From contig JAOOBR010000003.1 in assembly GCA_028404565.1 (NCBI GenBank), forward strand, positions 2,260 to 66,259: 64,000 nucleotides of DNA, read 5' to 3'. This document shows, piece by piece, positions 58,714 to 64,000 of the stretch (positions within the stretch are counted from its first letter, which is position 1; each line of letters opens with the position of its first letter). This stretch comes from Pseudomonadota bacterium. GTDB taxonomy: Bacteria; Pseudomonadota; Gammaproteobacteria; Magnimaribacterales; D2472. A program made the translations under genes and the position numbers. Under the pieces are notes generated by a model. It was not told the DNA's origin. It searched no databases and saw only the letters and a list, made by a program, of their open reading frames with translations.

Positions 58714-60129
58714 ATGGCCAATAATGGTTCAAAATATTCATTTTGGGAAAGCACACAATCCATTATTGATGAGTCCCTCGCCTACACTAAAATCCCAACT
58801 AACCTAGCTGATCAAATTAAAACTTGTAACTCGACCTATACAGTAAGGTTTGGTGTGCAGTTAGGTAAAAAAATTCATAATTTTGTTGGGTGGAGATCGG
58901 TCCACTCAGACCATATCATGCCTGCAAAGGGAGGAATTAGATACTCAATAGATGCTAACCAAGATGAGGTTGAATCTATGGCAGCTTTGATGTCTTATAA
59001 ATGTGCAATTGTTGATGTTCCATTCTCTGGCTCCAAAGGAGCTTTGAAAATTGATCCTAAAAAATATGAACGAGGAGAAATGGCAAGGATTACGAGAAGA
59101 TTTGCGCAAGAACTCATTAAAAGAGATCTTATTAATCCAAGTCAAAATGTCCCAGCACCAGATTTAGGAACTTCTGAAAGAGAAATGGCATGGATTGCAG
59201 ACGAATATCAAAAGTTACATCCCAATGATATTAACGGCAAAGCATGTGTTACAGGGAAGCCTCTTCATAAAAAGGGAATTGCTGGGAGAAATGAAGCAAC
59301 TGGAAGAGGAGTTCAATTTGGTCTTCGCGAGTTTTTTGAAGACAAAAAGCTTCTTGATACAAAAAAAATTGAAACTGGTCTTGAGGGGAAGACAGTTATT
59401 GTCCAAGGTCTTGGTAAGGTTGGATATCATGCTGCGAAATGTCTTTCAGAAGATGATGGTTGTAAAATAATTTCAATTGTTGAAAAATGTGGCTCCCTTT
59501 TCAATGAGGAAGGTCTTCCAGTAAAAAAAGTTAAGAAATGGCTTGATGAAGGTAAAACTCTTAAAAGATGTCCCTATGGAAAGTTTTTTAGCGACTCAGC
59601 AAAGGAGCTTGAAAGGGAGTGTGACATTTTAATTCCAGCAGCTGTTGAAAATGTTATTAATCAAAAAAATGCTAAAAATATTAAAGCTAAAGTAGTAGCT
59701 GAAGCAGCAAATGGGCCAGTTACATACAAAGGAGACAAGATTTTAAATAAAAATGGTGTTTTAGTTATTCCCGATGTATATCTTAATGCAGGTGGAGTAG
59801 TTGTAAGTTATTTTGAGTGGGTTAGAAATATTTCTCAAATGAGATTTGGCAGACTTGAGAAAAGAAGAGATGAGGCACAAATTGATCAATTTATAAAAGT
59901 TGTTGAAAAAATGACTAATCAAAAGATGTCTAAAGTAGATAAATTAAAGCTATTTGATGGAGTTGATGAGATTGATCTTATTAGATCAGGACTTAATGAC
60001 ATGATGGTAGATGCTTATCAAAATATCAGAGGGCAGATGCTCAGAAGCAAATTGCCAAATTTAAAAATAGCTTCTTTTAAACTTGCTCTGGAAAAGATAG
60101 CTGGAGCTTACGATACTATTGCTCTCTAG
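58714..60129 (+). CDS. Glu/Leu/Phe/Val-family amino-acid dehydrogenase (probable glutamate dehydrogenase)
   Basis: Catalytic-lysine region PFSGSKGA, Rossmann motif QGLGKVGY, and C-terminal NAGGVVVSYFEW. I chose the ATG at 58714 because GGGAGG lies 9-15 nt upstream; the longest ORF starts at the TTG at 58693. Confidence 0.85.
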   Translation: MANNGSKYSFWESTQSIIDESLAYTKIPTNLADQIKTCNSTYTVRFGVQLGKKIHNFVGWRSVHSDHIMPAKGGIRYSIDANQDEVESMAALMSYKCAIVDVPFSGSKGALKIDPKKYERGEMARITRRFAQELIKRDLINPSQNVPAPDLGTSEREMAWIADEYQKLHPNDINGKACVTGKPLHKKGIAGRNEATGRGVQFGLREFFEDKKLLDTKKIETGLEGKTVIVQGLGKVGYHAAKCLSEDDGCKIISIVEKCGSLFNEEGLPVKKVKKWLDEGKTLKRCPYGKFFSDSAKELERECDILIPAAVENVINQKNAKNIKAKVVAEAANGPVTYKGDKILNKNGVLVIPDVYLNAGGVVVSYFEWVRNISQMRFGRLEKRRDEAQIDQFIKVVEKMTNQKMSKVDKLKLFDGVDEIDLIRSGLNDMMVDAYQNIRGQMLRSKLPNLKIASFKLALEKIAGAYDTIAL

Positions 60130-60150
60130 GCCAGTAATTACTTATAAATA

Positions 60151-60798
60151 TTATGTTGATGGAAAGTAGACAGGCTTTGCTCCTGATTCCCACTCATCAT
60201 ACTTAAACATTATCTTTTTAAACTCTTCTGAATATAAATAATTGTTTAAAATCTTTTTAATTCTGCTTATCTCTTCAAGCGAATCAAACCATTCAGGATT
60301 TGCAATTCTGAACTGACGAATAAAAGGTAAAATTGAGATATCCAGTTTGTTTAAATTTTCTCCAAAGATCCATTTATCACTTGAAGCTGTGGCCTCAAGG
60401 CCAACTAATATCTTTAAACACTCAGCTCTGTGAAAATCCGAATCTGTATTCTCATATCTTGTTGCATATTTATATCTGTCTAAGTGATGTTTAAACTCAT
60501 CATCAAACTTTTTAATTAATGATTCTGTTAAATCTATTTGATCTGATTCCAAATTGTCATTAAAAATATTACTCTGTTCTATAACCCAATTTACAATATC
60601 GTAGCTTTCATCAATAACTTTATCTTCCAAAACAAGGATTGGAACAGTACCTTTCGGTGATACCTCCAACATCTGTTCTGGTTTATTGCTCAACCTGATT
60701 TCTCTTATTTCACATTTGATTTCAGCCAGATGTAAAGCCATTCTTGCCCTCATAGCATAAGGACATCTTTTAAATGAGTATAGAATTGGATAACTCAT
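60151..60798 (-). CDS. Glutathione S-transferase / glutaredoxin-2-like protein
   Basis: Thioredoxin-fold N-domain YSFKRCPYAMRARMAL...TVPILV followed by a helical C-domain. I chose the start at MSYPILY to avoid a 29-nt overlap; the longest ORF runs to 60831. Confidence 0.6.
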   Translation of the reverse strand: MSYPILYSFKRCPYAMRARMALHLAEIKCEIREIRLSNKPEQMLEVSPKGTVPILVLEDKVIDESYDIVNWVIEQSNIFNDNLESDQIDLTESLIKKFDDEFKHHLDRYKYATRYENTDSDFHRAECLKILVGLEATASSDKWIFGENLNKLDISILPFIRQFRIANPEWFDSLEEISRIKKILNNYLYSEEFKKIMFKYDEWESGAKPVYFPST

Positions 60799-60802
60799 AT
60801 GG

Positions 60803-61741
60803 TTAATTAAAAACTTCTTCTTTTGGTCCAATATGCTTCTGATTTCTTTGTTTTGCTAGGTCAACTTGCTTTTGTCTACTCATATATCTAGATTTTTGCT
60901 CTTCTGTAGTTTCGTCATAGCAATTTGGGCATGAAACTCCTCGAATATATTTTTGAGAGTTTTTATCTGTTTCGGTTATGGGCATCCTACATCCATGACA
61001 CATATCATAATCCCCAACAGATAAATCATGTTTAACTGAGACTCTATCATCAAAAACAAAACATTCTCCATTCCAAAGAGATTTTTCTTTCGAAACTGAT
61101 TCAAAATATTTTAAGATGCCGCCTTTAAGATGATAAACCTTCTTAAATCCTTCATTTTTCATTAATGATGAAGCCTTTTCGCATCTAATACCTCCGGTGC
61201 AAAACATAGCAACTTTTTTACTGTTTTTATCCTCATGAGTGAAATCCTGATTTTTTAGCCATTTTGGAAAGTCTCTAAATTTTTGGGTCTTTGGATTAAT
61301 CGAATCTTTAAATGAGCCTATGGCATATTCATAATCATTTCTGGTATCAATAAGAAGAATGTTTTCTTCTTCTAAAAGGGAATTCCAGTCTTCAGGGTTA
61401 ACATACTCTCCTACACTTTTTGTAGGATCTATAGATTTGTCACCAATAGTAACTATTTCCTGCTTTAATTTTATTTTTAACCTTATAAAAGGATTCTTTT
61501 TGGAGTCTGAAAATTTTATATCTAAATCATTAAAGCCCTTGAGATTTTTTAGATGCATTAAGGCTTTATTAAGATTTTTTTCATTTTTAGCAGCTATTGT
61601 CCCATTAATGCCCTCACTTCCTACCAAGATTGTTCCATAGATAGAAAGCTTTTTTAGAATCTTCTTTAAAGAAATCTGAACTTCTAAAGGATTATTAATT
61701 TCAGAGAACTTATATAAGGCTGCTACTTTAAACATGATCAA
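60803..61741 (-). CDS. trhO: Rhodanese-domain tRNA uridine(34) hydroxylase (TrhO/YceA, UPF0176 family)
   Basis: N-terminal ferredoxin-like domain (VAALYKF), rhodanese active-site loop FCTGGIRCEKAS, and a C-terminal Cys cluster CHGC...CPNC. Confidence 0.8.
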   Translation of the reverse strand: MIMFKVAALYKFSEINNPLEVQISLKKILKKLSIYGTILVGSEGINGTIAAKNEKNLNKALMHLKNLKGFNDLDIKFSDSKKNPFIRLKIKLKQEIVTIGDKSIDPTKSVGEYVNPEDWNSLLEEENILLIDTRNDYEYAIGSFKDSINPKTQKFRDFPKWLKNQDFTHEDKNSKKVAMFCTGGIRCEKASSLMKNEGFKKVYHLKGGILKYFESVSKEKSLWNGECFVFDDRVSVKHDLSVGDYDMCHGCRMPITETDKNSQKYIRGVSCPNCYDETTEEQKSRYMSRQKQVDLAKQRNQKHIGPKEEVFN

Positions 61742-61755
61742 ATTAAAGCAAAAAA

Positions 61756-61832
<77 letters not shown>

Positions 61833-61833
61833 T

Positions 61834-61910
61834 TGGTCGGGGTAGTAGGATTTGAACCTACGACCACTCGCTCCCAAAGCGAGTGCGCTACCAGACTGCG
61901 CTATACCCCG
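61834..61910 (-). tRNA. tRNA-Pro (anticodon TGG)
   Basis: The reverse complement CGGGGTATAGCGCAGTCTGGTAGCGCACTCGCTTTGGGAGCGAGTGGTCGTAGGTTCAAATCCTACTACCCCGACCA folds as a cloverleaf. The anticodon loop is TTTGGGA, and it is separated from tRNA-Arg by 1 nt. Confidence 0.95.
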
Positions 61911-61919
61911 GTGAAATGA

Positions 61920-61948
61920 ATCTTAAAGTTTTAGAGATAAATAATCAA
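61920..61948 (-). promoter_or_regulatory. Candidate sigma70 promoter for the tRNA-Pro/tRNA-Arg(/trhO) unit (TTGATT-17 nt-TAAGAT)
   Basis: On the minus strand the -35 is at 61943-61948 and the -10 at 61920-61925, with a 17-nt spacer. The -10 ends 9 nt before the tRNA-Pro 5' end. Confidence 0.35.
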
Positions 61949-61989
61949 TCTTCATTGGAATAATTATTTTAAGATGAGAAAATATCGAA

Positions 61990-62829
61990 ATGGCGGCACA
62001 AATACTTGATGGAAAGAAACTCGCAAGTGACTCTGAAAAAGAGATCTTGGAATCTGTGTCAGTCTTAAAGGAAAAAGGAATAATTCCAACCTTGGCCACT
62101 ATTCTTGTGGGCGATGATCCAGCATCTGAAACATATGTAAGAATGAAACAAGAAACTTGCAAAAGAGTTGGTATGGAATCATTAGCTATTAATTTACCTA
62201 AAGAAACATCTACAGAAGAACTCCTTTTAAAAATTGATGAGCTGAATAATGATAAAAAAATTCATGGTATTTTGTTGCAACATCCAGTCCCTAATCAAAT
62301 CAATGAAAGAGAATGTTTTGAGAGGATTTCCATAGAAAAAGATGTTGATGGAGTTACATGCCTGGGTTTTGGAAGAATGTCTATGGATCTATCTGCATAT
62401 GGATCATGCACACCTGCAGGGATTATGAGAATTCTTGAATTTTATGATGTAGACATATCTGGAATGAATGCTGTTGTAGTTGGAAGAAGCCCTATTTTAG
62501 GTAAGCCGATGGCAATGATGCTTCTTAACAAAAATGCAACTGTAACCATTTGTCATTCTCGAACTAAGGAATTAGAGGATCATGTGCGTAATGCAGATTT
62601 AGTTGTTGGTGCAGTTGGTGTTCCCAAGCTAATAAAAAAAGAATGGCTCAAAAAAGGTGCTGTAGTAATCGATGCTGGTTACCATCCTGAAAAATGTGGC
62701 GATATTGATTTAGATGGAATCGAGGAAATAGCTTCCTCGTATACTCCTGTACCGGGCGGTGTGGGCCCAATGACAATTAATACTTTAATTCTAAATACTA
62801 TGGAGGCTGCTAGGAAAACTCTTAACTAG
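61990..62829 (+). CDS. folD: Bifunctional methylenetetrahydrofolate dehydrogenase/cyclohydrolase
   Basis: [30 protein letters not shown] and [10 protein letters not shown] motifs; 279 aa. Confidence 0.92.
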   Translation: MAAQILDGKKLASDSEKEILESVSVLKEKGIIPTLATILVGDDPASETYVRMKQETCKRVGMESLAINLPKETSTEELLLKIDELNNDKKIHGILLQHPVPNQINERECFERISIEKDVDGVTCLGFGRMSMDLSAYGSCTPAGIMRILEFYDVDISGMNAVVVGRSPILGKPMAMMLLNKNATVTICHSRTKELEDHVRNADLVVGAVGVPKLIKKEWLKKGAVVIDAGYHPEKCGDIDLDGIEEIASSYTPVPGGVGPMTINTLILNTMEAARKTLN

Positions 62830-63172
62830 TTTCTTCCTTTTCTTCTTTAGGAACTTCTTCTTCGATTTCTGTATCTACAACGACTTCATCTGAACTCGAT
62901 TCACCATCAATATCTGTAAAAGGAAACGGAGGTAGATCTGTTTGAAATAGAAGATAAGAAATGATTTGGTTATAAAACTTTAACAACCAGGAACAAACTC
63001 TTGATAAAGGTTCATTAACATTCCCAGTTAATAAGAAGAAAACAAACTGAATTAAAGCAAAGCCAAAAAGAAAAGGAATACTAAAATTAAAAATAAACGC
63101 ATAAATAAGCATATAGACGAGTCTTGCCCACTTACTAGTTTTTGTAATTTCTTCTCTATTAATTTGTTCCAT
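62822..63172 (-). CDS. Small membrane protein, DUF4389-like, with an acidic C-terminal tail
   Basis: Two predicted TM helices, and [11 protein letters not shown] resembles the DUF4389 C-terminal motif. I assigned the family from memory only. Confidence 0.4.
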   Translation of the reverse strand: MEQINREEITKTSKWARLVYMLIYAFIFNFSIPFLFGFALIQFVFFLLTGNVNEPLSRVCSWLLKFYNQIISYLLFQTDLPPFPFTDIDGESSSDEVVVDTEIEEEVPKEEKEETS

Positions 63173-63174
63173 AG

Positions 63175-64000
63175 CTATGATTCTACATCAAAATTCACAT
63201 CAACATAAATTTCACTATTTATGATCTGTTCCAAGAGTAATTCTTTGCTTCCATTATTAAATAATATTTCATGCATACCAGATACAAGTGGCATCTTGAT
63301 TTCAGATGAAGAAATCTCGCTGTGAATTATTTTAATAGTATTTAATCCCTCTGCTACCTGACCCACTTTATTTTTTGCAGCCTCTATATCAAGACCCTCT
63401 CCAATGGCCCAACCAAACTGATAATTCCTTGATAATTTTGAAAAGCAAGTTGCAACCAAGTCACCCATTCCTGCAAGGCCTAAAAATGTAATTGGATTTG
63501 CGCCCTTACTAACAGCAAAGTTGCTCATTTCTGCCATGCTCCTTGTCAGTATAAGTCCGATAGCGTTCTCACCCACATCAAGAGAATGACAATAACCCGA
63601 TATAATTGCATAAATATTTTTTAAAGCCCCCGCAAGTTCTATACCTTGAGTATCTGCGCTTGTGTATATCTTAAAAGTGCTTGAAGACAGAATTTCCCTT
63701 CCTAGATGACAAAGATCTGCATGCTTGCTTGCTATAACTGTTCCAGCAACCTTTTCATCTGCAATTTCTCTTGCTAAATTTGGTCCGCTTAAAACACCCA
63801 CCTTAATGCTGGAATTATTAAAGTGTTTTTCAATTGTTTCAGACATTGTCATGAAAGGTTTTTCATTGATGCCCTTAGTGCATGAAATTATCATCTTATT
63901 ATCCATCGTGAAATCAGAGATTCTATCAAGGACATCATTAATAATTTTACTTGGAGTAGCTACAAATATTATTTCAGATTCTGGAATAATTTCTTCTAGC
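63175..64000 (-). CDS. gpsA: NAD(P)H-dependent glycerol-3-phosphate dehydrogenase, C-terminal two-thirds (5' end lies outside the window)
   Basis: The frame stays open to the window edge. TKGI, GPNLAREIA and GALKNIYAI motifs are typical of GpsA. Confidence 0.85.
   Translation of the reverse strand, partial: LEEIIPESEIIFVATPSKIINDVLDRISDFTMDNKMIISCTKGINEKPFMTMSETIEKHFNNSSIKVGVLSGPNLAREIADEKVAGTVIASKHADLCHLGREILSSSTFKIYTSADTQGIELAGALKNIYAIISGYCHSLDVGENAIGLILTRSMAEMSNFAVSKGANPITFLGLAGMGDLVATCFSKLSRNYQFGWAIGEGLDIEAAKNKVGQVAEGLNTIKIIHSEISSSEIKMPLVSGMHEILFNNGSKELLLEQIINSEIYVDVNFDVES

Overview
The window is AT-rich and almost gap-free. I call about 58 protein-coding genes and 4 tRNAs. I found no rRNA, CRISPR array, transposase, integrase or phage genes.

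Conserved gene orders mark it as gammaproteobacterial core chromosome: tRNA-His, tig, clpP, clpX, lon, hupB, ppiD; rnhA-dnaQ-gltX; gloB-mltD; and folD/gpsA. The content is dominated by nutrient scavenging and envelope functions:
- three roughly 1000-aa TonB-dependent receptors;
- a Vibrio TonB2-like energising cluster (DUF3450, large MotA/ExbB, ExbB, ExbD, TonB, TPR);
- a MacAB-like ABC exporter;
- an OppABC-like peptide permease lacking ATPase genes;
- several exported peptidases and amidohydrolases (S9, M20, GGT, amidohydrolase);
- lipid/acyl-CoA enzymes (racemase-like CoA-transferase, glutaryl-CoA dehydrogenase, FabI, a thiolase-like protein).

Low GC, 1-nt start/stop overlaps, convergent genes that overlap at their stops, and many receptors all fit a streamlined marine gammaproteobacterium such as SAR86. 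That assignment is inference only.

I could not identify an unambiguous new multi-gene system. The best candidates for novelty are:
- a two-lipoprotein module at 24.6-26.5 kb, pairing a cadherin-like/DUF1524-HNH nuclease lipoprotein with an internally duplicated, very acidic Trp-rich lipoprotein of no family I recognise;
- an approximately 9-kb run of same-strand genes at 6.0-15.1 kb that links the TonB2-type cluster to the MacAB-like exporter and a glycosyltransferase;
- a DksA with only two of the four zinc-finger cysteines;
- tRNA genes placed directly upstream of protein genes, including tRNA-Pro(UGG)/tRNA-Arg(UCU) before the tRNA-U34 hydroxylase gene trhO;
- perfect palindromes in the few real intergenic regions.

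All family assignments come from motif recognition by eye. No database search was run.
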